A stretch of 64,000 bases of DNA, from NCBI GenBank assembly GCA_041842465.1, contig JBGYXG010000040.1, positions 1,788-65,787 of the forward strand, read 5' to 3'. Below, piece by piece: positions 8,637-17,875 of this stretch. How positions within the stretch are numbered: position 1 is the first letter of the stretch; the number at the start of each line of letters is the position of its first letter. The notes under the pieces are model-generated. The model was not told the origin of the DNA and did no database searches. It was given only the letters and a program-made list of their open reading frames with translations. Position numbers and translations under genes: made by a program. Source of the DNA: Candidatus Limimorpha sp. Its GTDB lineage: Bacteria > Bacteroidota > Bacteroidia > Bacteroidales > F082.

Positions 8637-10343
8637 ATGTCGGATTTTTTAGAGTTCCGGGATGCACAATGCAGAGATTGCTACAAATGCTTGCGCGAGT
8701 GTCCGGTAAAAGCAATTGATGTGAAAAACCATCAGGCGAAGATTATTGAAGATCGCTGTATTTTGTGCGGTCACTGCACTTTGGCATGTCCGCAGAACGC
8801 CAAAGTCGTCCATAGCGAATTGGACGATGTGAAACGTCTGTTGGATAGCGGTCAAAAAGTGATCGCAAGTGTAGCACCTTCTTTCATTTCAAGTTTTGGT
8901 CTGAAGGATTTCACCATTTTCAAGATCGCGCTGGCAAAGCTGGGTTTCGCCGATGCTGAAGAGACAGCGGTCGGCGCTCAGGCCGTTGTGAAGGAATACA
9001 AGCGCTTGCTGGAAACGGGTGAGTTTGAGAATTTCATCACTTCGTCATGTCCGGCAGCTTGTCGCATGATCCAGGAATACTATCCGAAAGCGTTGAAATA
9101 TCTTGCTCCCGTCGATTCGCCCATGGTGGCTCATGCCAAGCTCATCCGCAAACGTGATCCGGAAGCGAAAATCGTATTCATTGGACCATGTATTGCAAAA
9201 AAACGCGAGGCAGTTGAGTGTACGCTCATCGAAAATGTGCTGACATTTGAAGATTTGCAGCTTTTCTTTAAAGAACGCGGTATCAAGCTCGAAGAGATTT
9301 CCGAATTGCACCTTGACCAAAAAGGTGGAGCTGCCAATCTGGCAAAATCGTTCCCCATCAACCACGGTATTATCAATTCGTTCGACATCTTGCCCAAAGG
9401 TTACGAATACATTTCAGTAGATGGTCCGGAACGTTGTAGCGAAGCCCTTGAAAACATCGAGTTTTTGTCGCATGTGTTCTTGGAAATCAATATTTGCGAA
9501 AATGCCTGTGTGGCAGGTCCGTGTTCGCTTCAAGTGAAAGGCGGCAGCGTCAAGGCCATGTCCGAAATTCGGAAATATGTGCGCCGTGAAAGAGAGCTGT
9601 TCCCCTCGTTAGATGACACCCCGTTGGAAGTGAATCTGTTTGCTTCCTATCCACGTATCCGCAGCCATAGCATTGTTGCCCCCGAACGCGACATTGAGGC
9701 GATATTGCACCGGACGGGCAAGATGACCCGTTCCGATGAACTCAACTGTGGCGCCTGCGGCTACAGCACTTGTCGCGACAAGGCATGGGCGGTGTACAAT
9801 GGATATGCCGACGTGGAGATTTGCCTGCCCTATATGCGGCAGCGTGCGGAATCGCTTTCGTATGAAATCATCCAGAAAAGCCAGGAAGGCGTCATCGTTC
9901 TCGATGCCGACATGAACATCGTGGAAGTCAACAACAAGGCCAAAGAGCTGCTCGCCATCGATGCGGTGGATGTGAAAGGTCGTCCGGCCCTCGACTATTT
10001 CAAGCCTATCGATTTTATGAACGCATACAGCCAGAAACGTCATGTTATGGTCAAGGATATGTTCATTCCTTCCACGATGAAGCATGTGGACATTTCCATC
10101 AATTATCTTGAAGGACAGGACATGCTGTTTGGCGTTCTCAAGGATGTCACCGACATCATCCATTATGACAAGGAAATCATGAAGGTCAAGATGGAAACGC
10201 TGGCAACCACAGATGAAGTGATTAAGAAACAGATGCGCGTGGCTCAGGAAATCGCATCGCTTTTGGGCGAAACGACGGCCGAGACAAAAGTGGCGCTGCT
10301 GAAACTGAAGAAAACCTTGACATCGGATCAAAATGGACAATAA
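8637..10343 (+). CDS. hydS: sensory-type [FeFe]-hydrogenase-like protein with C-terminal PAS domain (HydS-like)
   Basis: Two CxxCxxCxxxCP motifs. The H-domain motifs are divergent: TSSCPAA, GPCIAKKRE, ICENACVAGP. There is an extra CGACGYSTC..C cluster motif, followed by a PAS-like segment (QEGVIVLDADMNIVEVNNKAKELL). Confidence 0.85.
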   Translation: MSDFLEFRDAQCRDCYKCLRECPVKAIDVKNHQAKIIEDRCILCGHCTLACPQNAKVVHSELDDVKRLLDSGQKVIASVAPSFISSFGLKDFTIFKIALAKLGFADAEETAVGAQAVVKEYKRLLETGEFENFITSSCPAACRMIQEYYPKALKYLAPVDSPMVAHAKLIRKRDPEAKIVFIGPCIAKKREAVECTLIENVLTFEDLQLFFKERGIKLEEISELHLDQKGGAANLAKSFPINHGIINSFDILPKGYEYISVDGPERCSEALENIEFLSHVFLEINICENACVAGPCSLQVKGGSVKAMSEIRKYVRRERELFPSLDDTPLEVNLFASYPRIRSHSIVAPERDIEAILHRTGKMTRSDELNCGACGYSTCRDKAWAVYNGYADVEICLPYMRQRAESLSYEIIQKSQEGVIVLDADMNIVEVNNKAKELLAIDAVDVKGRPALDYFKPIDFMNAYSQKRHVMVKDMFIPSTMKHVDISINYLEGQDMLFGVLKDVTDIIHYDKEIMKVKMETLATTDEVIKKQMRVAQEIASLLGETTAETKVALLKLKKTLTSDQNGQ

Positions 10344-11505
10344 GCTGGAGCAGTGCATCGAGTTTGGCTATACCGCGCTGAATCATGTCGGTGAGGAGCT
10401 CTGCGGCGACAATGTCGCTTGCAGTGTCAATGGCGATTGCACCACCTTGGTGCTCGCCGATGGCTTGGGAAGCGGCGTGAAAGCCAATATCCTTTCCATG
10501 CTGACATCCAAGATCCTTTGCACCATGGCGTCCAACGACATTGACGTGCACGAATGTGTGGAGACCGTCATCCAGACTTTGCCCGTGTGTAAAGAAAGAG
10601 GCGTGGCCTATTCCACGTTTTCATTGATCCATATTAATAATGCGGGAGAGGGTTATCTTTTCGAGTTCGACAATCCTCGGGCTATACTGTATCATCACGG
10701 GAAATGCTGCGACATGGAGCGCGAACTGTTGCATGTGTATGATAAAAAGGTGTTCAAGACAGACCTCCATCTCGACGAGGATGATATTTTGTTAGTGATG
10801 TCGGATGGTACCATACATGCCGGTATCGGTCAAATATTGAATTTCGGTTGGGACAGACTGCAAATCATGCAGCATCTCGACGAAAATATCCGTCCGGGCA
10901 TGTCGGCACGCGCCGTGGCCTGTCTGCTCGATACCGCCTGCAACGACTTGTATCTTGACAAACCCGGCGACGACACCACGGTGGCTGCCATCAAGCTGCG
11001 CCGACGCATTGATGTCAACATCATGGTGGGGCCACCCGTTGATAAGGAAAAGGATGATTACTACGTGGAGCGATTCTTGGAAGGCGACTCGAAGAAAATC
11101 GTGTGCGGCGGCACCAGTTCCATCATCGTGGCACGTTATCTCGGTACCGAGGTGAAAACCAGCTTTGATTTTCCCGACCGTGATGTGCCGCCCATCGGTT
11201 TCATCAAGGGAATCGACTTGGCTACTGAGGGCGTGCTTACTTTGAGGCGTCTGTTGGAAATGTCGGATAAATACCTGTCTATCACTGATTTGACACCGAA
11301 GGTGTTTACGAAAAAGGATGGAGCTTCCTTGCTTGCCGATTTTCTGTTTGAAAGAGCTACGCATATCCGGTTTTTCGTTGGGCAGAGTGTCAATGCGGCG
11401 CACCAAGGGCTGCCCATCGACACTACGATGAAATTAAAGCTGATAGAAACGCTTTCTAAGAATTTAATAAAAATGGGGAAAAAAGTGGAAATAAATTACA
11501 ATTGA
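10333..11505 (+). CDS. PP2C/SpoIIE-family protein phosphatase with an unassigned C-terminal domain
   Basis: Motifs CGDN, LADGLGSGVKANI, MSDG and GDDTTVAAIKL. The start overlaps the hydS stop by 11 nt. Confidence 0.85.
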   Translation: MDNKLEQCIEFGYTALNHVGEELCGDNVACSVNGDCTTLVLADGLGSGVKANILSMLTSKILCTMASNDIDVHECVETVIQTLPVCKERGVAYSTFSLIHINNAGEGYLFEFDNPRAILYHHGKCCDMERELLHVYDKKVFKTDLHLDEDDILLVMSDGTIHAGIGQILNFGWDRLQIMQHLDENIRPGMSARAVACLLDTACNDLYLDKPGDDTTVAAIKLRRRIDVNIMVGPPVDKEKDDYYVERFLEGDSKKIVCGGTSSIIVARYLGTEVKTSFDFPDRDVPPIGFIKGIDLATEGVLTLRRLLEMSDKYLSITDLTPKVFTKKDGASLLADFLFERATHIRFFVGQSVNAAHQGLPIDTTMKLKLIETLSKNLIKMGKKVEINYN

Positions 11506-11530
11506 ATATAACAACTTAATAATTGACATT

Positions 11531-12364
11531 ATGTACAAAATCGTTAAAAAAGAAGAGTTAAATGCAAATGTTACGCTAATGGACATTGAAGCTCCATTAA
11601 TTGCAAAAAAAGCAGAACCCGGTCAGTTTATCATGCTTAGGGTTGATGAAGAAGGAGAACGCATTCCGCTGACAATAGCTGATTTTGACAGGCAAAAGGG
11701 GACTGTTACGATTATTTTCCAAATAGTAGGTGCCACTACGGAAAAGCTGAATCATTTGAAAACAGGTGATTATATTGCTGACTTTGTGGGTCCTTTGGGA
11801 AGAAAAACCGAAACAGACGGAATTAAAAAGGTGGCAATAGTTGGCGGAGGGGTAGGCTGTGCCATTGCATATCCTGTTGCGAAGAAATTTCATGAATTAG
11901 GCGTTGAAGTACATTCAATTATTGGTTTTAGAAGTAAAGACATCATCATCTTGGAAGACGAGTTCAGAGCTGTTAGCGATAAAATCATCATTACAACCGA
12001 TGACGGCAGTAATGGCAATAAGGGATTTGTTACCGATGCCCTGAAAAGCTTGTTAGACAGTGGTGAGAAATACGACGAGGTCATCACCATCGGACCTCTT
12101 ATCATGATGAAGTTTATCAGCAAGCTTACAAAGCAGTACAATGTAAAAACCAGAGCGAGCATGAACCCCATCATGGTTGATGGTACGGGCATGTGCGGAG
12201 GATGCAGATTGACGGTAAATGGCGAAACCAAGTTTGCCTGTGTTGACGGGCCGGAATTTGATGCTCATGCTGTGGATTTTGATGAAGCGATTGCCAGAAC
12301 GCAGATGTATAAAACGTTTGAGCAAGGTGCAAGAGAAAAAACATGTAACTTATATAAAAAATAA
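11531..12364 (+). CDS. nfnA: NfnA-type FAD/[2Fe-2S] subunit (sulfide/dihydroorotate dehydrogenase-like)
   Basis: FNR-like fold with a C-terminal GTGMCGGCRL...C cluster motif. It directly abuts the next gene. Confidence 0.85.
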   Translation: MYKIVKKEELNANVTLMDIEAPLIAKKAEPGQFIMLRVDEEGERIPLTIADFDRQKGTVTIIFQIVGATTEKLNHLKTGDYIADFVGPLGRKTETDGIKKVAIVGGGVGCAIAYPVAKKFHELGVEVHSIIGFRSKDIIILEDEFRAVSDKIIITTDDGSNGNKGFVTDALKSLLDSGEKYDEVITIGPLIMMKFISKLTKQYNVKTRASMNPIMVDGTGMCGGCRLTVNGETKFACVDGPEFDAHAVDFDEAIARTQMYKTFEQGAREKTCNLYKK

Positions 12365-13774
12365 ATGAAAGGGATTAGCATGATTAATAATTCATTGAAA
12401 AAAAACGAAATGCCAACGCAACCGGCAGATGTAAGAAATAAGAATTTTTCGGAAGTTGCATTAGGATATACAGAGGAGCAGGCCATAAACGAAGCGCAAA
12501 GATGCTTGAATTGTAAAAAAAGACCTTGTGTTTCGGGTTGCCCGGTAAATGTATTTATTCCTGATTTTATTAGCGAAGTGGCAAAAGGTGATTTCGAGGC
12601 GGCTTATCAGATAATCAGCAAAACAAATTCTCTGCCTGCCGTGTGCGGCAGGGTTTGTCCCCAGGAAAGCCAGTGCGAATCCAAATGTGTCAGAGGTGTT
12701 AAAGGTGAGCCGGTAGCTATTGGACGACTTGAACGTTTTGTCGCTGATTGGCATAATAAGAATGCGAATAACGAAATTGAAGCTCCTCAGTCAAACGGAC
12801 ATAAAATTGCTATTATCGGCTCCGGTCCTTCCGGTTTGACCTGTGCGAGCGACCTCGCTAAACTCGGTTACGATGTGACTGTTTTCGAGGCTTTCCACGT
12901 TGCAGGAGGTGTGTTGGTATATGGAATACCTGAATTCAGACTTCCAAAGGAAATCGTGAAGAAGGAAATCGAAGGGTTGAAGAAACTTAACGTGAAAGTG
13001 CAAACCAATATGGTGGTGGGCAAAATATTGTCAATCGATGAACTGTTTGACGAATACGGATACAAAGCCGTTTATATTGGTAGTGGTGCCGGATTGCCGA
13101 AGTTTATGAATATTCCCGGCGAAAACCTTAAGGGCGTGTATTCTGCCAACGAGTTTTTGACCCGTATCAACTTGATGAAAGCTTATAAGCCTGATAGCGA
13201 TACTCCTATCATTCACAGTCAAAGGGTTGCCGTTGTAGGAGGAGGAAACGTAGCTATGGACGCAGCCCGCTGCGCAAAACGTTTAGGTGCTGATGTGCAT
13301 ATTGTTTATAGAAGATCAGAGGCCGAATTGCCGGCAAGAGCCGAAGAAGTTGAACATGCAAAAGAAGAAGGCATCGTTTTCAATTTGCTGACCAATCCCA
13401 TCGAAATATTAGGCGATGAAAATGGAATGGTAAACGGAATGGTTTGCCAGAAAATGAAACTTTCCGAACCCGATGCTTCGGGACGTGCAAAACCGGTCCC
13501 GATGGAGAATAGCAATTTTAACATTGATGTTGACTGTGTGATTATGGCTCTTGGAACTTCACCTAATCCGTTGATTAAGAGTACGACCAAAGGCTTGGAT
13601 ACCCAAAAGTGGGGTGGAATCATTACCGATGAAAACGGTTTGACATCTCGAGAGGGCGTTTACGCTGGTGGTGATGCCGTAACAGGTGCAGCAACGGTTA
13701 TCCTTGCAATGGGGGCCGGAAAAAAAGCTGCTGAGGCAATAGATAAATATGTGACAGAAAAATACAATAAATAA
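12365..13774 (+). CDS. nfnB: NfnB-type NADPH-dependent glutamate-synthase-small-chain-like subunit
   Basis: Cluster motifs CLNCKKRPCVSGCP and CGRVCPQESQCESKC, then IAIIGSGPSGLTCA and VAVVGGGNVAMD dinucleotide folds. Confidence 0.9.
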   Translation: MKGISMINNSLKKNEMPTQPADVRNKNFSEVALGYTEEQAINEAQRCLNCKKRPCVSGCPVNVFIPDFISEVAKGDFEAAYQIISKTNSLPAVCGRVCPQESQCESKCVRGVKGEPVAIGRLERFVADWHNKNANNEIEAPQSNGHKIAIIGSGPSGLTCASDLAKLGYDVTVFEAFHVAGGVLVYGIPEFRLPKEIVKKEIEGLKKLNVKVQTNMVVGKILSIDELFDEYGYKAVYIGSGAGLPKFMNIPGENLKGVYSANEFLTRINLMKAYKPDSDTPIIHSQRVAVVGGGNVAMDAARCAKRLGADVHIVYRRSEAELPARAEEVEHAKEEGIVFNLLTNPIEILGDENGMVNGMVCQKMKLSEPDASGRAKPVPMENSNFNIDVDCVIMALGTSPNPLIKSTTKGLDTQKWGGIITDENGLTSREGVYAGGDAVTGAATVILAMGAGKKAAEAIDKYVTEKYNK

Positions 13775-13818
13775 AACATTTCAGATAGCAGTTTTTAATA
13801 ACAAAAATTCAAGAAATC

Positions 13819-14298
13819 ATGTCGGAAAATTTTGATTTTACGATTGTAAACAAAATAGTGGACGATTTGGGAGCTTCCGAAAGTTCAACTATTGCGATAT
13901 TACAATCCATACAGGAACATTACAGGTATTTGCCGAAGGAAATATTTCCGCATCTATCGGAAAGATTGAACATCAGTGAGGCTAAGATTTTTGGTGTCGC
14001 TACGTTTTATGAAAACTTTTCGTTAGAGGCAAAAGGAAAATATTTGATTAAAGTTTGCGATGGAACCGCATGTCATGTTAGAAAGTCGGTCCCGATTCTC
14101 AACGCGCTGCGTAACCATTTGGGACTTAGCGAAACCAAAAAAACAACGGACGACATGCTGTTTACTTTAGAAACGGTTTCTTGCTTAGGTGCTTGTGGAT
14201 TAGCCCCGGTCATGACGATTAACGATGAAGTGTTTCCAAGCATGACCCCCGAAACAGCGACTCAGATTATTAAGGATTTAAAGGCTAAGGAGGAATAA
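13819..14298 (+). CDS. hydC: NuoE-like [2Fe-2S] subunit of an NADH-linked [FeFe]-hydrogenase
   Basis: CDGTACHV ... SCLGACGLAP motif. Confidence 0.9.
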   Translation: MSENFDFTIVNKIVDDLGASESSTIAILQSIQEHYRYLPKEIFPHLSERLNISEAKIFGVATFYENFSLEAKGKYLIKVCDGTACHVRKSVPILNALRNHLGLSETKKTTDDMLFTLETVSCLGACGLAPVMTINDEVFPSMTPETATQIIKDLKAKEE

Positions 14299-14300
14299 GT

Positions 14301-16178
14301 ATGTTTTTAAAGAACAGAGAAGATTTACAAAAGCAAAGAGCTGTTTACGAACATTCTGTCAAATTGTGTAAAAAAAGCATCATCGTTTGTTGCGGAACAG
14401 GTTGCTTGTCGGGTGGCGCTTTGAAAATATACGATAAGCTCAAAAGTCTATTGGAGGAAAAGAATATTCCGTGTTCAATTGAACTCAAAGAGGACCCTCA
14501 TGGCGATGAAATCGGAATCAAAAAGAGCGGTTGCCACGGTTTTTGCGAAATGGGTCCGCTCATTAGAATTGAGCCGAGCGGATGGCTGTATGTGAAGGTT
14601 AAGCCCGAAGATTGCGAAGAGATTATCGAGAAAACAATACTGAACGGTGAACACATAGAGCGTCTGGCATACAAAAAAAATGGTGTTGTTTATAAAGAAC
14701 AAGAAGAAATTCCGTTCTATAAAAAGCAAACCAGATTAGTTCTCGAACATTGCGGGCACATCGACGCAACTTCAATCAAGGAATATTTGGCGATAGCCGG
14801 ATACAAAGCGCTTGAAAAAGCCTTGTTTGAGATGACTGCTGATGAGATTATCAACGAAATCTCGGAGTCTAAATTGAGAGGTCGCGGCGGCGGCGGTTTC
14901 CCTGCCGGTAAAAAGTGGACTCAGGTGAAATCCCAAAAGTCTTTCCCGAAATACGTCGTTTGTAACGGCGATGAGGGAGACCCGGGGGCTTTTATGGATA
15001 GAAGCATTATGGAAGGCGACCCGCACAGACTTATCGAAGGCATGATGATTGCCGGAATCGCTACAGGTGCAGAGCATGGATATATCTATGTCCGTGCCGA
15101 ATACCCGACAGCGGTTTCCCGCCTTAGATTGGCTATCGAAGAGCTAGAAGCTGTGGGATTGCTTGGCAAAAACATTCTTAACACAGGCTTTAATTTCGAT
15201 TTGCACATCAATAGAGGTGCCGGAGCTTTTGTGTGTGGCGAAGGTAGCGCCCTGACGGCTTCTATCGAAGGAAAAAGAGGAATGCCGAGGGTGAAACCGC
15301 CAAGAACGGTTGAACAAGGCTTGTTCGAAAAACCGACGATTTTGAATAATGTTGAGACGTTTGCCAACGTGCCTATTATTATTACCAAAGGTTCAAAATA
15401 CTATCAATCAATAGGAACGGAAAACAGTCCGGGCACGAAGTGTTTTGCGCTTACGGGAAATATTAGCAACACCGGCTTGATTGAAGTGCCCATGGGAACT
15501 TCGTTGAGAGATGTTATATTTGAAGTAGGTGGCGGAATGCGTGGCGATGTCGGATTTAAGGCGGTGCAAATTGGCGGCCCTTCGGGCGGTTGCCTCACCG
15601 AGAAACATCTCGACCTGCCTTTGGATTTCGACTCTTTAAAGAAAGCCGGAGCCATGATCGGATCGGGTGGACTTGTGGTGATGAACAAAGAGACTTGTAT
15701 GGTGGAAGTGGCGAGATTCTTTATGAACTTCACTCAAAACGAGTCGTGCGGAAAATGCGTGCCTTGTAGAGAGGGTACAAAAAGGATGTTGGAAGTTCTC
15801 GAAAGAATTGTTGCAGGAAATGGTGCAGAAGGCGATATCGAACTTTTGCTTGAACTTGCAGATACAATTTCAAATACGGCATTGTGCGGTTTGGGAAAAA
15901 CAGCACCTTCGCCCGTAGTAAGTACGATTAATAGCTTTAGAGACGAATATGAGGCGCACATATTTGATAAGAAGTGCCCGACCCATACTTGTCAAAAACT
16001 TAAGAAGATACACATCAATCCCGACCTTTGCAAGGGTTGTTCCAAGTGCTCAAGACTGTGCCCTGTTTCGGCAATTTCCGGAAAAGTCAAAGAACCGTTT
16101 GTGATCGATCAGGATAAGTGTATAAAATGTGGTGCTTGTTTAAGTAATTGTCCATTTAAAGCCATAGAGGAGATTTAA
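14301..16178 (+). CDS. hydB: NuoF-like flavoprotein subunit of an NADH-linked [FeFe]-hydrogenase
   Basis: GRGGGGFPAGKKW (FMN/NADH site), ESCGKCVPCREG, and two C-terminal CxxCxxCxxxCP motifs. Confidence 0.95.
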   Translation: MFLKNREDLQKQRAVYEHSVKLCKKSIIVCCGTGCLSGGALKIYDKLKSLLEEKNIPCSIELKEDPHGDEIGIKKSGCHGFCEMGPLIRIEPSGWLYVKVKPEDCEEIIEKTILNGEHIERLAYKKNGVVYKEQEEIPFYKKQTRLVLEHCGHIDATSIKEYLAIAGYKALEKALFEMTADEIINEISESKLRGRGGGGFPAGKKWTQVKSQKSFPKYVVCNGDEGDPGAFMDRSIMEGDPHRLIEGMMIAGIATGAEHGYIYVRAEYPTAVSRLRLAIEELEAVGLLGKNILNTGFNFDLHINRGAGAFVCGEGSALTASIEGKRGMPRVKPPRTVEQGLFEKPTILNNVETFANVPIIITKGSKYYQSIGTENSPGTKCFALTGNISNTGLIEVPMGTSLRDVIFEVGGGMRGDVGFKAVQIGGPSGGCLTEKHLDLPLDFDSLKKAGAMIGSGGLVVMNKETCMVEVARFFMNFTQNESCGKCVPCREGTKRMLEVLERIVAGNGAEGDIELLLELADTISNTALCGLGKTAPSPVVSTINSFRDEYEAHIFDKKCPTHTCQKLKKIHINPDLCKGCSKCSRLCPVSAISGKVKEPFVIDQDKCIKCGACLSNCPFKAIEEI

Positions 16179-16181
16179 GCC

Positions 16182-17873
16182 ATGACACAGAACAATAATT
16201 ATGTAATCATCGATGATATTCCGGTCGAAATCAACGGAGAAAAAAACTTGCTCGAACTCATTCGCAAGATCAACATCCAGCTTCCTACTTTCTGTTACCA
16301 TTCCGAGCTCTCGATATATGGTGCTTGCAGAATGTGTATGGTCGAAACTGACAAAGGAGGATTGGAAGCTGCTTGTTCAACCCCGCCCAAACCGGGAATG
16401 GTAATCAAAACGAACACCGAAAGACTTCGGAAGTACAGGAAAAACATTTTGGAACTGCTGCTTGCAAACCATTGCAGGGATTGTACCATTTGTAGCAACA
16501 ACGGAAAGTGTAAATTGCAGGATTTGGCCATGCGGTTTAATATCAAGTTGGTTCGATATAAAAACACCGCCGAGTTCCCCGACATTGACGCTTCTTCGTT
16601 TAGCATCATGAAAGATGCAAACAAGTGCATCCTTTGCGGTGACTGTGTGCGCATGTGCAACGAAATACAAAACGTCGGTGCTATCGATTTTACGCGAAGA
16701 GGTTCTAAAATGACGGTGAGTACGGCATTTGATATTCCGATTGTGAAGTCAAATTGCGTGTCGTGCGGACAGTGTGCGGCGGTGTGTCCGACGGGTGCCA
16801 TCGTTGTGAAAGACGACACCGAACAAGTGTGGTCGGCCATATCGAATCCGAATTGCAAAGTGACGGTGCAAATTGCCCCGGCAGTTAGAGTCGCTGTCGG
16901 AAAGGAGTTCGGTTTAGGTTCCGGCGTGAATGGAATCGGAAAAATCGTTGCCGCTCTGAAACTAATGGGATTCAACGAAGTTTATGATACTTCGACCGGT
17001 GCCGACTTGACCGTTTTGGAAGAAGCCAACGAGTTTATCAGCAGGGTGGAAAAAGGTGAAAAACTGCCTTTGTTCACTTCTTGCTGCCCGGCATGGGTGA
17101 AGTTCCTGGAAAACAAATATCCTGAGTTTGTTTCCAACGTTTCCACGTGCCGTTCGCCGATGCAAATGTTTGCTTCAATCATCAAGCAACAGGCCGTATC
17201 GGGCGGAAAACGCCATGTCCATGTGGCCATCATGCCCTGTACCGCAAAAAAATCGGAAGCGAAACGCGACGAATTTAAAGTGGATGGAGTTTCGAATGTT
17301 GACTACGTTTTGACGACACAGGAAATCATTCAAATGATCAAAGAGTCGGGAATCGTTTTCGAAGACTTGGAGCCTGAAGCCGTGGATATGGCCTACGGCT
17401 GGATGTCGGGTGCTGCGGTTATTTTCGGCGTGACCGGCGGCGTGACCGAAGCGGTATTGCGCAGGGTCTCAAACAACAAGAGCAACGTCGGACTACGACA
17501 GATTGCATACACCGGCATCAGGGGATTAAATGGCGTGAAAGAAACGACCATTCCTTTCGGCGACAAGCAATTGAGAATCGCCGTAGTGAGCGGTTTGAAA
17601 AACACAACGGACTTGATAGAACGAATAAAAGGCGGCGAGCATTTCGACCTTGTTGAAGTCATGGCCTGCCCCGACGGTTGTATCAACGGAGGTGGACAGC
17701 CTTATGCTACTGCCGAAGAACGTTCGGAGAGAAGCGAAGGACTGTACGCTGCCGATAAGTTGTGCAGCATACGCCGATCGGAAGAAAATCCGCTTATGAT
17801 GTCTTTGTACAACGGAGTACTCAAAGGACGTGTTCACGAATTGTTACATGTGGATTATACAAAAAAGAAATAA
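16182..17873 (+). CDS. hydA: [FeFe]-hydrogenase catalytic subunit (bifurcating-type, trimeric HydABC architecture)
   Basis: Canonical H-cluster motifs TSCCPAW, MPCTAKKSE and EVMACPDGCINGGGQP, with N-terminal 2Fe-2S and 4Fe-4S domains. Confidence 0.95.
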   Translation: MTQNNNYVIIDDIPVEINGEKNLLELIRKINIQLPTFCYHSELSIYGACRMCMVETDKGGLEAACSTPPKPGMVIKTNTERLRKYRKNILELLLANHCRDCTICSNNGKCKLQDLAMRFNIKLVRYKNTAEFPDIDASSFSIMKDANKCILCGDCVRMCNEIQNVGAIDFTRRGSKMTVSTAFDIPIVKSNCVSCGQCAAVCPTGAIVVKDDTEQVWSAISNPNCKVTVQIAPAVRVAVGKEFGLGSGVNGIGKIVAALKLMGFNEVYDTSTGADLTVLEEANEFISRVEKGEKLPLFTSCCPAWVKFLENKYPEFVSNVSTCRSPMQMFASIIKQQAVSGGKRHVHVAIMPCTAKKSEAKRDEFKVDGVSNVDYVLTTQEIIQMIKESGIVFEDLEPEAVDMAYGWMSGAAVIFGVTGGVTEAVLRRVSNNKSNVGLRQIAYTGIRGLNGVKETTIPFGDKQLRIAVVSGLKNTTDLIERIKGGEHFDLVEVMACPDGCINGGGQPYATAEERSERSEGLYAADKLCSIRRSEENPLMMSLYNGVLKGRVHELLHVDYTKKK

Positions 17874-17875
17874 AA

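Noticed and set aside
9609-10358. 249-aa ORF on the minus strand inside hydS. Similar ORFs lie at 16295..16975 (inside hydA) and 53781..54626 (inside the permease).
   Set aside because: All are antisense to genes with unambiguous motifs or TM periodicity. None has a start context or a recognisable domain.
17762-17875. Upstream extension of the small 4-Cys ORF as listed (start 17762)
   Set aside because: The extension overlaps the 3' end of hydA in another frame. The ATG at 17876, 2 nt after the hydA stop, gives a protein collinear with the paralogue at 8333.
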